In this document: positions 1 through 9,841 of the stretch, one piece after another
Numbering within the stretch: the stretch's first letter is position 1
Layout of the letters: every line of letters begins with the position of its first letter
Assembly (NCBI GenBank): GCA_046092585.1
Contig: JBJTDZ010000141.1
Span: 1-62,048 of the forward strand
Direction: 5' to 3'
Length of the DNA: 62,048 bases
Source: Pirellulales bacterium
Lineage (GTDB): Bacteria; Planctomycetota; Planctomycetia; Pirellulales; UBA1268
Made by a program: the position numbers and the translations under genes
The notes under the pieces: model-generated
Told to the model about the DNA's origin: nothing
Database searches by the model: none
The model's input: only the letters and a program-made list of their open reading frames with translations

Positions 1-444
<444 letters not shown>

Positions 445-633
445 AGGAAACTGCCGAACCAGGCCTGGTTTATCCAGGCTCTGCGGAGGCCATCAGCGAG
501 ATATCGACGGTTCGCAAGAGCCGTTTGGTCATCGACGCTGCATGTGGAGGCGATCGCGAGCCACCGAAAGAGATCGGTGATGCGGATGCCAACGTCCGTG
601 TCGCGAAACTGCCAGACCATCCAAGGTCATGTG

Positions 634-670
634 ACCCGGTGGGGCTTTGCCGAGCCCCACCGGGTTTTTT
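634..670 (+). terminator. Rho-independent terminator downstream of 16S
   Basis: Perfect 13-bp stem ACCCGGTGGGGCT (634-646) / AGCCCCACCGGGT (653-665), 6-nt loop, T-run to 670. Confidence 0.92.
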
Positions 671-845
671 CATGCGCCGCGTTCGGCGGTTCGCCGGGGC
701 TTGCCCGTCCCGTGGTGTTTTCGCATAGCGCGCAGTGAGATTTCGGTGAGGCACGGGCCGGTGTTGGGGTCGCTGCTACACTCGCCGATTCGGGGCGTTG
801 GAGCCGGCGTCAGGAAGGAAGTTGCACGAGGGAGCGGGCGTGGGC

Positions 846-2588
846 ATGAAGGGCATCGTCGGTGCTGGCTGTTATGTGGCGGCGGTGTGCGGGGCATTCG
901 CCGTGGTGCATGCCGAGGAGTGGCGCGTGCGTGGCGAGTTTCTGTCGCTGGCGGACGGGAGGCCCACGGTCGCCGTTTTGAAGTTGGAGGACGGAACACG
1001 CCTGGAGGTGCCGATCGCGGCCTTGGCGGAGACGGATCGGCAGAGGATCCCGCGGGCTCAAGGGGCCGCGAAGTCGCCAGCCGCCCGCTCGCCGGTGGGA
1101 GGCGCTGGTGCGACGGCGGTGAACGCCACGGATCAGGCGGGTGGCAGTGGTGAGCCCGTGGCGATCCCCGCCTCGCTGAAGGACGTCGAGACCGCCGCGG
1201 AATCGTGTCGCTCAGCTCTGGAGGCTTCGCGGGTGTATCGGCTCTTCATGGCCGATGGCCAACTGTCGGACGAGCAGCGAGTTGCCGCCGAGCAGCGACT
1301 GGCCCACTGGGAGTCGTTGGCGGCGGCTCGCTGCGTGCGGGCTGGAGCGAACTGGATCACCCCCGACGATGCCCGGGCTTCGGCCGCCGAGTGCGAAACG
1401 CTGATTGCCCAGGCGGCGGAAAAGCTGCGGCTGCAGAACATCAAGCTTGCGATCGATGATCTGCAGAAAGCGGTGCGGGCCGATCCGACTTCCGGCCGGG
1501 CGGCGTTTTTTCTCGGCGCGGTGTCGGGAGACCCCGCCACGGCGGCCGAGCATTACGCCGAGGCGGTGCGCCGGGATCCGACGGATGGGTATGCGCTGAA
1601 CAATCTCGCAGTTTGTGAAGCCGTCTCACGAAAGGCCGCGGCCGTCGCCCATTTCCGCCAGGCGGCCGGCTTCGTGCCTGACGCGCAAGTGGTCGCCGAC
1701 AATGTCGGGTTGATCGTGGCCAATGCCAACAAGGCTCCCCGCTGGAAGATGACCGACAAGGTGGCTGCGGACTATGCGGCGCTCTACAAGTCGCTCACGA
1801 GTGAAGGCGGGCTGAAGCCGCTCGACCTGGGAGTCGAGAGCCTGAAGATTTTCGGTCCCGATGGGCGGCCGCGGGCTTTGGCGGATGCCGCTCCGACGCC
1901 GCAGCAGATCGCCTCCGCGATCGCCGACGCGGTTCGCACGCCCGTCGTAAGGCCCGACGTGCTCGGCGTCGCCGTGTCGCCGACGCACGTGCTGGCGCCC
2001 GTGGCGGAGGGCGTGTCTGCGTGCAGCGTGTGGGTGGCAGGAGGCGCCGAGCCGGCACCCGCCACCCTCGTGACCATTTTCGAGGGTACCGGCTTCGGGT
2101 TGCTGAAGACCGACAAACTTCCGGTCGAGCCCGTCGCGCTCGGTGGCACCGTGCCAGCGGCCGGCGGCAGGATTTCGCTGTCGACGGGAGAACCTGGATC
2201 CCTGGCCAAGGTGCCCTCGACCGTCGTCATGGGAACCGTCCTTCCGGGGCCTGGCGACGGCGTGTTCGCGTATACGGCCGAGGCGGTGGGCACTCGCGGC
2301 GGCGGTGCCATCGTCGACCCCGCGGGAAGACTGATCGGCGTGGCGATGCCCGCGCCCCTGACGATGCCGGCTGGCTGGGCCGAGAAGTTGAGACGCGGGC
2401 TCGGCCTGTCCGTGGCACCGCTCCGACGTGCCTTCGAGGAGCACGGGATTCCGTTCGCCGCTGAGGCGGGCGGGGCCCCCCTGTCGGTCGATGAACTCAG
2501 GGACCGTCTGGCGAAGGCAACGGTCATCGTCTCGGCGCGCCCGGCGACGACGACTGCACCGCCCGCTCCTGCAGGGGCCACGCCCTGA
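846..2588 (+). CDS. Exported SHD1-like / TPR / degenerate trypsin-like multidomain protein
   Basis: Signal-peptide-like N-terminus. SHD1-like segment (VRGEFLSL..VLKLEDGTRLEVPIAALAETDRQRI). TPR motifs (AVRRDPTDGYALNNLA). C-terminal trypsin-like remnant (GGGAIVDPAGRLIGVA). ATG at 846 chosen over TTG at 798. Confidence 0.7.
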   Translation: MKGIVGAGCYVAAVCGAFAVVHAEEWRVRGEFLSLADGRPTVAVLKLEDGTRLEVPIAALAETDRQRIPRAQGAAKSPAARSPVGGAGATAVNATDQAGGSGEPVAIPASLKDVETAAESCRSALEASRVYRLFMADGQLSDEQRVAAEQRLAHWESLAAARCVRAGANWITPDDARASAAECETLIAQAAEKLRLQNIKLAIDDLQKAVRADPTSGRAAFFLGAVSGDPATAAEHYAEAVRRDPTDGYALNNLAVCEAVSRKAAAVAHFRQAAGFVPDAQVVADNVGLIVANANKAPRWKMTDKVAADYAALYKSLTSEGGLKPLDLGVESLKIFGPDGRPRALADAAPTPQQIASAIADAVRTPVVRPDVLGVAVSPTHVLAPVAEGVSACSVWVAGGAEPAPATLVTIFEGTGFGLLKTDKLPVEPVALGGTVPAAGGRISLSTGEPGSLAKVPSTVVMGTVLPGPGDGVFAYTAEAVGTRGGGAIVDPAGRLIGVAMPAPLTMPAGWAEKLRRGLGLSVAPLRRAFEEHGIPFAAEAGGAPLSVDELRDRLAKATVIVSARPATTTAPPAPAGATP

Positions 2589-2749
2589 TGATGTGGTAGC
2601 AGAGGGGGATGACGCTGCGGGATTGATCTCCGTCCCTGCCGGGGGCCGCCGCATCGGCTTGCGTTTTTCCGCAAAACAGCGAATGTATTCACTCCGGTAG
2701 CCGGCGCGTGTCGGCCCTCCCGACCATCCGCCACGGCGAGACCGCCATC

Positions 2750-3268
2750 ATGAACCAGACCGATCAACCGATCTCCGGCGTGGTGCCACCCTCCGTCGCC
2801 GAGGCGACCGTGATGACGGTATGGCCGTCCGTGGCTTCGACGGGGCTGGGGCAGGCCTTGGGCAGGCTGTACCGAATCCGCGAGGGCTTCGGCGCCCTGT
2901 CGATCGGCAGGTTGGCATTGCTGGCCACGATCCCGGTCGGGCTGATGCTCTATCTCTCGATGCGTCTGCCGTGGGCGATCCGGCGATACCGGCTCACCAA
3001 CCGCCGGGTCGTGATCGAACGGGGCATCAACCCGCGGGTCGAGCAGTACGTCGATCTCGACCGGTTCGACGCCATCGACGTGGTCGTGAGCCCTGGGCAG
3101 GAGTGGTATGCCGCCGGGGACCTCGTGTTTCGCCGCGGCCCGATCGAGACGCTGCGGCTGCCCGGCGTCAGCCGGCCGGAGTCGTTTCGCCGTGTCTGCC
3201 TGGAGGCCCGTCAGGCCTACGTGAGTGTCGCGAAACTGCAGCCCGATGCGGCGTTCGCCACGGCCTGA
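2750..3268 (+). CDS. Membrane protein with bacterial PH domain (bPH_2-like)
   Basis: Hydrophobic segment followed by RYRLTNRRVVIERG...GDLVF, typical of bPH_2 proteins. Confidence 0.7.
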   Translation: MNQTDQPISGVVPPSVAEATVMTVWPSVASTGLGQALGRLYRIREGFGALSIGRLALLATIPVGLMLYLSMRLPWAIRRYRLTNRRVVIERGINPRVEQYVDLDRFDAIDVVVSPGQEWYAAGDLVFRRGPIETLRLPGVSRPESFRRVCLEARQAYVSVAKLQPDAAFATA

Positions 3269-3269
3269 T

Positions 3270-4271
3270 TCACACGGCCCGCCCGCCGGCGACGGGGCCT
3301 CGGGCCGCGATCGCCATCCGGATGTCGTGCCTCGCCGCATCATCGAGATGGCACGACAGGGTCCGTACGTTGTCCTTCACCTGCTCCGGTGAGGTCGCGC
3401 CGCTCAGCACGCTCGTGATGCCGGGCTGCTCGGCCGTCCACGCCAGCACCAGGGAAGTCAGGGCGCAGCCCAACCGGGTTGCCACCGGCCGCAGGGCGTC
3501 GACGAAATCGAGGTTCCGCTCGAATTCCGGGCCGTTGAACATCGGATATTTGTGGCGGCTGTCGCTCCGCGGAAACGCCTGTCCCCGCCGCATCCGTCCC
3601 GTCAGCAGTCCCTTCATCAGCGGCCAGTAGGCCACCAGGGCCACGTCGTGCCCGCGGCACCAGGGGAGCACCTCCGCCTCGATCTCTCGCTGCAGCATGT
3701 TGAAGTGCATCTGGCAGGCCGAGAGCGGGCAGGTGGCCGCGAATCGCTCGAGCGTGGCGACGCCGGCGTTCGAGAGCCCGATCGCGCGGGCCTTGCCCGA
3801 TTCGAGCATCCGCCGAAGGGCGCCGGCAGATTCCTCGACCGGCACGGCGGGGTCGGGCGCGTGAAGGTAGAGCAGGTCGAGATGGTCGGTGCCGAGGCGG
3901 CGCAGACTCTCCTCGACCTCGGCCTGAATCCTTTCGGGGCGCCCATCGATTACCTGCCGTCGGGGTGGCGCAGCGGTGGAATCCGGCTCCCAGTGGATCC
4001 CGCACTTGCCCGCGATCACCACCCGATCCCGACCACCGGCGCCGATCTCGGCCAACGCATCGCGGATCGCCCGCTCGCTCTCTCCGTGTTCACCGTAGCA
4101 GAAGGCGGTGTCGAGGTGCGTGATGCCGTGGTCGATCGCCGTGCGGATGGTGTCGACCGCCGCGTCGTGGGTGAGTCCCTCGCGGGTCATGCCGGCCAGC
4201 GGCCAGCAGCCGAGGCCGAGCGGGCCGACCACGACCGGCGACATACCAAGCCGGCGAGCGGAGGCGTTCAT
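3270..4271 (-). CDS. Aldo/keto reductase
   Basis: LGLGCW, DTAFCYG, SLRRLGTDHLDLLYLH, IGLSN motifs. Confidence 0.93.
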   Translation of the reverse strand: MNASARRLGMSPVVVGPLGLGCWPLAGMTREGLTHDAAVDTIRTAIDHGITHLDTAFCYGEHGESERAIRDALAEIGAGGRDRVVIAGKCGIHWEPDSTAAPPRRQVIDGRPERIQAEVEESLRRLGTDHLDLLYLHAPDPAVPVEESAGALRRMLESGKARAIGLSNAGVATLERFAATCPLSACQMHFNMLQREIEAEVLPWCRGHDVALVAYWPLMKGLLTGRMRRGQAFPRSDSRHKYPMFNGPEFERNLDFVDALRPVATRLGCALTSLVLAWTAEQPGITSVLSGATSPEQVKDNVRTLSCHLDDAARHDIRMAIAARGPVAGGRAV

Positions 4272-4933
4272 GACGCCGGCCCTGCCGCGGCAGGCAGCGG
4301 CGGAAAATCACCGGTCGCAAGAAAGCCCGCCACGAGGTCGGCGGCTTCCCGGCGGAAGAGCAGGCCCGTATGCCACGTGGGCAGGACGACGTGGGCATGC
4401 GGGGCATCCGGGTGCGTGCTTTCCTCCGCGACGAGGGCGTCGTGCTTCGCCGCGATCACGCCGATCTCGACATCCTGCGGCGTGGGCAGCGAGTTGACGA
4501 GGCTGTCGCGGGCGGTCGACAGTTCGGCGACCGGCTTGAGGAAGCGGCCCACGGTGCCGGCGGTCGCCGTGGCGACGAACGACCCGCGATTCGGCGGGGC
4601 GAGCATCACGAAGCGGCCCATCTTCCGCGGCCGGTAGGTGTCGAGGGCCGCCCGCCCGATGATGCAGCCCATGCTGTGGGTGACGAGGTGCACGACATCG
4701 ATCCGCGGCTCGGCATCGAGCAACTCGAGTTCACGGGCGAGCCGTTCGGCATGCACGAGCAGGGAACACTGCATGTTCCAGTAGCCCCACGCAGTCGTCT
4801 GGTAGCCCCGCTCGCGCAGCCGGCTGCCGAGCAGCGAGAGCATGAAGCGGTTGGCCAGGTACCCGTGCACGAGCGTCACGCATTCCCGCGGATGATCGGG
4901 GGGCGAGCCGGGCGTGAAGCGGACGGAAGGCAT
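4268..4933 (-). CDS. Alpha/beta hydrolase (small lipase/esterase type)
   Basis: LVHG oxyanion motif, THSMG nucleophile elbow, APPNRGS, D..V and late His. Stop overlaps the AKR start (ATGA). Confidence 0.85.
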   Translation of the reverse strand: MPSVRFTPGSPPDHPRECVTLVHGYLANRFMLSLLGSRLRERGYQTTAWGYWNMQCSLLVHAERLARELELLDAEPRIDVVHLVTHSMGCIIGRAALDTYRPRKMGRFVMLAPPNRGSFVATATAGTVGRFLKPVAELSTARDSLVNSLPTPQDVEIGVIAAKHDALVAEESTHPDAPHAHVVLPTWHTGLLFRREAADLVAGFLATGDFPPLPAAAGPAS

Positions 4934-4938
4934 GGCGT

Positions 4939-6024
4939 TCAGGCGGGCCGGCCCGGCGGCAGTGGCGGACGCTGCGGTGCGGGGCAGCAGTCGAGCGGGC
5001 AGACATCGTGGTTGGCCGGGAGGCAGCCGATCGCCACCCGATCCGCCAGGTTCCATGCCCGTTCGGCGATCAAATCACGAACCATCGCCACGAACTCCGG
5101 GGCGGTGCCGACGGTGGCCGCCCGCACCATGTCGATTCCCAGCTCGCGGCAAAGATCGGCCGCCTCGGTGTCGAGGTCGTAGAGCACCTCCATGTGATCC
5201 GAGATGAATCCGATCGGGGCGATCACCAGGCGGCGACATCCACGGGCGTGCCGCTCCCGGATCGCGTCGCAGACATCGGGCTCGAGCCACGGCTGCGAGG
5301 GCGGACCGCTGCGACTCTGGTAGACGAGCCCCCAGTCGGCGACACCCGCCTCGCCGGCGACCAGCCGGCACGATTCCTCGAGCTGCTGCACGTAGCGGCA
5401 GCCGTCGGACATCGAGGTGGGAATGCTGTGGGCGGTGAACAGGACCGGCACGCCCGGCCGCTCGGCAGCCGGAAACCGCTCGAGGGCCCGAGCCACGTTG
5501 GCGGCCATCGGCCGCACGAAGCCGGGGTGGTTGAAGAACACGCGGATTTTGTCGACCTCGGGAGCCCGCTCGCCCACCGCCTGCCGCGCGGCCTGGATGT
5601 TTTCCCGATACTGCCGACAGCCGGAGTAACTCGAGAAGGCGCTGGTAACGAACGCGATCGCCCGCTTCACGCCCGCATCGGCCATCTCGCGGAGCGTGTC
5701 GGTGAGCAGCGGGTGCCAGTTGCGATTCCCCCAGTACACCGGGAGGTGTGGGCCCCGGCGGGCAAGTTCGTCGCGGAGCGCGGCGAGCAGGGCGAGATTC
5801 TGCGCGTTGATCGGGCTTTTGCCGCCGAAGTGGTGGTAGTGCTCAGCGACTTCGAGCATCCGTTCCCGGGGCACGTTGCGGCCCCGGAGCACGTTCTCGA
5901 GGAAGGGGATGACGTCGTCAGGGCCGTCAGGCCCACCGAACGACACGAGCAGCACCGCGTCGTACTGTGACGGCCGGACGGCATCGGCGGATGGTGAACC
6001 GGTAGGCCGATCGGGTTGCGACAT
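4939..6024 (-). CDS. hemH: Ferrochelatase
   Basis: LLVSFGGP, GGKSP, LFTAHSIP, YQSRSG..PWLEP, PIGFISDHMEVLYDLD; Cys-rich C-terminus (CPLDCC). Confidence 0.95.
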   Translation of the reverse strand: MSQPDRPTGSPSADAVRPSQYDAVLLVSFGGPDGPDDVIPFLENVLRGRNVPRERMLEVAEHYHHFGGKSPINAQNLALLAALRDELARRGPHLPVYWGNRNWHPLLTDTLREMADAGVKRAIAFVTSAFSSYSGCRQYRENIQAARQAVGERAPEVDKIRVFFNHPGFVRPMAANVARALERFPAAERPGVPVLFTAHSIPTSMSDGCRYVQQLEESCRLVAGEAGVADWGLVYQSRSGPPSQPWLEPDVCDAIRERHARGCRRLVIAPIGFISDHMEVLYDLDTEAADLCRELGIDMVRAATVGTAPEFVAMVRDLIAERAWNLADRVAIGCLPANHDVCPLDCCPAPQRPPLPPGRPA

Positions 6025-6048
6025 TACGAGATTCCGCGAGCGGTGAAC

Positions 6049-6121
6049 TGACCCCACGGGGATTCGAACCCCGGTTACCGCCGTGAAAGGGCGGTGTCCT
6101 AGACCACTAGACGATGGGGCC
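6049..6121 (-). tRNA. tRNA-Glu (TTC), CCA not encoded
   Basis: Reverse complement GGCCCCATCGTCTAGTGGTCTAGGACACCGCCCTTTCACGGCGGTAACCGGGGTTCGAATCCCCGTGGGGTCA folds as a cloverleaf with anticodon TTC and T-loop GTTCGAA. Confidence 0.97.
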
Positions 6122-6164
6122 CTGCCGGTTACGCCGATGCTCCGCTCGCGAAACGTCGCAGCAC

Positions 6165-6193
6165 AGCCTACCGTGCAACCGGCGTCGGCGCAA
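6165..6193 (-). promoter_or_regulatory. Candidate sigma70-type promoter for tRNA-Glu/hemH
   Basis: TTGCGC-17 nt-TAGGCT on the minus strand. Confidence 0.45.
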
Positions 6194-6255
6194 GAGCGTC
6201 GGCCTGATCGCCGCCCTGCGAACCCAGAGGCGCCGCCGTGCGTGCACGCAGAGGG

Positions 6256-6513
6256 TCAGGGCTGTGGCTCGTCGGTGGGCTCCGCCACCGGCACCGTCGG
6301 CGCCGAGGCATCATCGGCCGAAACGGAGACTGAGCCCGCATCGACCGGTTCCCCGCGGGCGATGGCCTCGAAGACCTCTCGGCGATGCACCGGCACCTCC
6401 TTCGGTGCCTCCACGCCGAGTCGCACCTTGTCGCCGCGGATTTCGACCACCACGATCGTGATGTCGTTGTTGATGACGATGCTCTCGTCTTTTTTTCGCG
6501 ACAGCACGAGCAT
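6256..6513 (-). CDS. csrA: Carbon storage regulator CsrA, paralog 1
   Basis: [47 protein letters not shown]. Confidence 0.96.
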   Translation of the reverse strand: MLVLSRKKDESIVINNDITIVVVEIRGDKVRLGVEAPKEVPVHRREVFEAIARGEPVDAGSVSVSADDASAPTVPVAEPTDEPQP

Positions 6514-6516
6514 GGT

Positions 6517-6529
6517 GCCATTCCTTGGC
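6517..6529 (-). promoter_or_regulatory. CsrA-binding-site-like hairpin overlapping the csrA1 RBS
   Basis: Minus strand GCCA-AGGAA-TGGC: GGA in a hairpin loop just upstream of the ATG, with two more GGA motifs in the leader. Confidence 0.55.
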
Positions 6530-6566
6530 GGGGCCGAACGGATCCCTCGGCTCCCAAACTTCTTTC

Positions 6567-6594
6567 ACTGTAAGGGTTTCCGACTGCGGGTCAA
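6567..6594 (-). promoter_or_regulatory. Candidate sigma70-type promoter for csrA1
   Basis: TTGACC-16 nt-TACAGT on the minus strand. Confidence 0.55.
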
Positions 6595-6682
6595 GCAATG
6601 TGCGGGGGCTGGGATGTCCGGGGTGTCGGGAGCGGTGTTTTTGGGCCATAAACCCCTTGTTCGGCCGATCCGGGGCGGTGCC

Positions 6683-6710
6683 TTGTTGGCCGTCCTGTCA
6701 TCCCTATACT
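6683..6710 (+). promoter_or_regulatory. Candidate sigma70-type promoter for the nuo cluster
   Basis: TTGTTG-16 nt-TATACT upstream of nuoI. Confidence 0.45.
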
Positions 6711-6773
6711 TTCGCGCGACACGCTCCGCAGCCGGTGTCACCCTCCCCCCGGAAAACACCCCCGGACGCCCCG

Positions 6774-7301
6774 ATGCGCATCTGGTTTCGCAACCTGTTT
6801 TCGGCGGTGGGCACCGTGCTCGAGGGCATGCTGGTCACGCTGCGGGTCTTCGGCAGCACCTACGACCAGAAGCGGCGGACGTTCACCGAGCACTTCGAGT
6901 ATCCGGAGTTGCCCGCGCCGGTGGCGGCCCGGTATCGCGGTTTTCATCGGTATGATCTGACGACGTGCATCGCGTGTGATCAGTGCTCGAAGGCGTGCCC
7001 CGTCGACTGCATCTACATCGGCAAGGAGCGCGTCGAGAACGGCAAGGGCTTTCGCGTCAGCGGGTTCACCATCGATTACTCGAAGTGCATGTTCTGCGCC
7101 CTCTGCGTAGAGCCGTGCCCCGTCGACTGCATCTTCATGGGGTCCACGCTCGATCTCTCCTGCTTCAGCCGGGACGGCACGATCGTCGACTTCGCGAGGC
7201 TGCCGGTCGAGGTCGCGTGGGGCAGATCGACGCTCAACCCCACGGCGGTCGCGGCCTCGAAGGTGATCGTGGAGCCCGTGCACGGCGGCCCCAATCAGTA
7301 A
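6774..7301 (+). CDS. nuoI: NADH-quinone oxidoreductase subunit I
   Basis: YPE..RYRG, two [4Fe-4S] motifs CIACDQCSKACP and CMFCALCVEPCP. Confidence 0.92.
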   Translation: MRIWFRNLFSAVGTVLEGMLVTLRVFGSTYDQKRRTFTEHFEYPELPAPVAARYRGFHRYDLTTCIACDQCSKACPVDCIYIGKERVENGKGFRVSGFTIDYSKCMFCALCVEPCPVDCIFMGSTLDLSCFSRDGTIVDFARLPVEVAWGRSTLNPTAVAASKVIVEPVHGGPNQ

Positions 7302-7323
7302 CCAGTTCTTCCTGCGGGTTCCC

Positions 7324-7971
7324 ATGCATCCCACGCTCGTTGCCGGCTATGTCGCCCTGTTCGTCGCGATCGGCGGTGCCTTCCTTGCCGTCAACCTGCT
7401 CGTCGGCTGGCTGGTGCGGCCGCGGATGCCCAACACGGAAAAGCTCGAGGTGTACGAGTGCGGCGAGCCGACGATCGGTTCGAGTTTCGTGCAGTTCGAC
7501 CTCCGCTTCTACGTGGTCGCGCTGCTGTTCATCATCTTCGACGTCGAGGTGGCGTTGTTCTTTCCGTGGGCCACGGTTTTCGGCAAGGCGACCCAACTGA
7601 CCGATCCCGCGCTCGTGTCGGCCACGGTTGACGGCGGGCTGTCTCCTGCGGGCGTCGGCCTGCTGCAGGAACTCGGCGTCACGGCCCCGGTCGTCCCGGC
7701 GGCCGAGGGGCCCCTGTTCACGCCGACACTCGCCGAGGCTCGTCACCTCGAGGCGACGCGGGGCGGGAAGTCGCCCGAGCAGGCGCAGTCGGAGTGGTCG
7801 CTGGCACGGGCCGGTTCGCTCCTTGCACGGTCGGCGCTCGTGGACATGGCCGCCTTTTTTGCGGTGCTGCTCGCCGGCTTCGCCTACGTCTGGTATCGCG
7901 GCGACCTCGACTGGGTGCGTGCCGTGTCGGCCGAGCGAGCTGGCTCCGTGGGCCGGTCCGCGACCCGTTGA
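7324..7971 (+). CDS. nuoA: NADH-quinone oxidoreductase subunit A (long loop insertion)
   Basis: YECGE, FYVVALLFIIFDVE, YVWYRGDLDW motifs. Confidence 0.95.
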   Translation: MHPTLVAGYVALFVAIGGAFLAVNLLVGWLVRPRMPNTEKLEVYECGEPTIGSSFVQFDLRFYVVALLFIIFDVEVALFFPWATVFGKATQLTDPALVSATVDGGLSPAGVGLLQELGVTAPVVPAAEGPLFTPTLAEARHLEATRGGKSPEQAQSEWSLARAGSLLARSALVDMAAFFAVLLAGFAYVWYRGDLDWVRAVSAERAGSVGRSATR

Positions 7972-8032
7972 CCCGCCGATCTCGGCGATCGCAAAGTTTT
8001 TCCGCCCCCGTCTCCAACCCATCAGACATACC

Positions 8033-8566
8033 ATGATTCGCGGACCTGACTTTCTCGAGCAGCTCGACGAGTCGCTGCCCGGCGCCGTCGTCGACCGCAA
8101 TCTCGAGGCCCTCGATCCGTGGGTGGAGATCGCCCCGGAGCGGATCGCCGACGTCTGCCGGTGGCTTGCATCGTCGAGCCCGGTGCGGTTTGACTCCCTG
8201 CAGTCGATCACCGCGGTCGACTGGTGCGAGCCCGATCCTAAAAAAGCCGCGAAGGTTTCGTGGAAGCCGCACGTCGAAATGGTCTATCACCTGTGGAGCA
8301 CGCCGGCTCGGGCGAGTCTCGTGCTGAAGGCGAAGCTGCCGCGGTGGAAGGGCGACGTGCCGGGGCAAATTCCCGAGATTCCGAGTGTCTGTGGCGTGTG
8401 GCGCGGCGCCAACTGGCACGAACGCGAGGTTTACGATCTCTCCGGCGTGTGGTTCTCCGGTCACCCGGATCTCCGCCGGATCCTCTGCCCGGAGGATTGG
8501 GAGGGGTACCCGCTCCGCAAGGACTACGAAATGCCGCTCGAATACCACGGGATCAGGGGAAAATAA
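8033..8566 (+). CDS. nuoC: NADH-quinone oxidoreductase subunit C
   Basis: ANWHEREVYDLSGVWFSGHPDLRRIL..WEGYPLRKDY signature. Confidence 0.96.
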   Translation: MIRGPDFLEQLDESLPGAVVDRNLEALDPWVEIAPERIADVCRWLASSSPVRFDSLQSITAVDWCEPDPKKAAKVSWKPHVEMVYHLWSTPARASLVLKAKLPRWKGDVPGQIPEIPSVCGVWRGANWHEREVYDLSGVWFSGHPDLRRILCPEDWEGYPLRKDYEMPLEYHGIRGK

Positions 8567-8569
8567 CCG

Positions 8570-9778
8570 ATGCCATCGATGGTCGACGACGATCCGCGGA
8601 TCATCGAGTTCGACGTCCGTACTGACGAGATGCTCGTCAACATGGGGCCCCAGCACCCCAGCACGCACGGCGTGCTGCGGCTCGTGCTGCGGACCGACGG
8701 AGAGGTCGTGTCGGAGATCGAGCCGCACATCGGCTACCTCCACCGCTGTGCCGAGAAGATCGGCGAAAACCTCACGCACCGGCAGTTCATCCCGTACACC
8801 GACCGGATGGACTACCTGGCGGCGATGAACATGAACCTCGGCTGGTCCCTGACGGTCGAGAAGTTGATGAAGTACCAGGTGAGTGAGAAGGCCCGCCACC
8901 TGCGGGTGCTGATCGCCGAACTCAACCGGATCGCCAGCCATCTCGTCGGCATGGGGGCGTACGGTCTCGACCTCGGCACCTTCAGTCCGTTTCTCTACGC
9001 CTTCCGGGAGCGGGAGAAGATTCTCGACCTCTTCGAGGAGGCGTGTGGCGCCAGGCTCACCTACAGTTACATCACCATCGGCGGTCTGACGGCCGATCTG
9101 CCGCCGGGGTGGCTGCAGAGGTGCGAGGCGTTTCTTGATCAGTTCGAGCCGGTGATCAAGGAATATCACGCCCTGCTCACGACCAACGCCATTTTCGTGA
9201 AACGCACCGCGAACATCGGCGTGCTCCCCCGCGCCCTGGCGATCGAGTACGGCTGCTCGGGGCCGGTGCTGCGGGGCAGCGGGGTCGACCAGGATCTCCG
9301 CCGCGACGGCGAGGCGATCTACACGGCCATGTACGACGGCTATGCCTTCGAGGTGGCCGTGATGAAAGACGGCCATTACCCCCGCGATCACGAGTACCCC
9401 CCGGTTCCGGCCGACGCGGTGCTCGGCGACTGCTGGCACCGGTTCTTCGTCCGCATGCTGGAGGTGGTCCAGTCGATGGACCTCGTCCGGCAGGCCATCG
9501 ACCGCTATTCGGCGTGCAAGGGCCCCCTGGGCGAGCCGCTGAAGCTCACGGAGAAGATGCCTGCCGGCGATGCCTACCTCGAGACCGAGGCCCCCAAGGG
9601 GCAGATGGGCTTCTATGTCGTCAGCGACGGCTCCGCGATCCCGTGGCGGGCCCGGGCAAGGTCGAGTTCGTTCTCGAATCTTGCCGTGGCGCCGGAGCTC
9701 TGCCGTGGCTGCCTGATCGCTGACGTGCCGGCGATCGTGGGCAGCCTCGACATCGTCATGGGCGAGATCGACCGGTAG
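8570..9778 (+). CDS. nuoD: NADH-quinone oxidoreductase subunit D
   Basis: NMGPQHPSTHGVLRL, GYLHR..EK, DRMDY, EAPKG, C-terminal GEIDR. Confidence 0.97.
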   Translation: MPSMVDDDPRIIEFDVRTDEMLVNMGPQHPSTHGVLRLVLRTDGEVVSEIEPHIGYLHRCAEKIGENLTHRQFIPYTDRMDYLAAMNMNLGWSLTVEKLMKYQVSEKARHLRVLIAELNRIASHLVGMGAYGLDLGTFSPFLYAFREREKILDLFEEACGARLTYSYITIGGLTADLPPGWLQRCEAFLDQFEPVIKEYHALLTTNAIFVKRTANIGVLPRALAIEYGCSGPVLRGSGVDQDLRRDGEAIYTAMYDGYAFEVAVMKDGHYPRDHEYPPVPADAVLGDCWHRFFVRMLEVVQSMDLVRQAIDRYSACKGPLGEPLKLTEKMPAGDAYLETEAPKGQMGFYVVSDGSAIPWRARARSSSFSNLAVAPELCRGCLIADVPAIVGSLDIVMGEIDR

Positions 9779-9817
9779 GCGTTTCGGGGGCTTTCTTTTT
9801 GCGGGCCCGTACGCCAC

Positions 9818-9841
9818 ACTTCGTGCAAATTTTCACGAAGT
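9818..9841. promoter_or_regulatory. Palindromic operator between nuoD and nuoH, Rex-box-like
   Basis: ACTTCGTG-CAAATTTT-CACGAAGT perfect 8-bp inverted repeat. Core TCGTGCA-AATT-TTCACGA resembles the Rex consensus TTGTGAA-N4-TTCACAA (3 mismatches). Confidence 0.55.
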
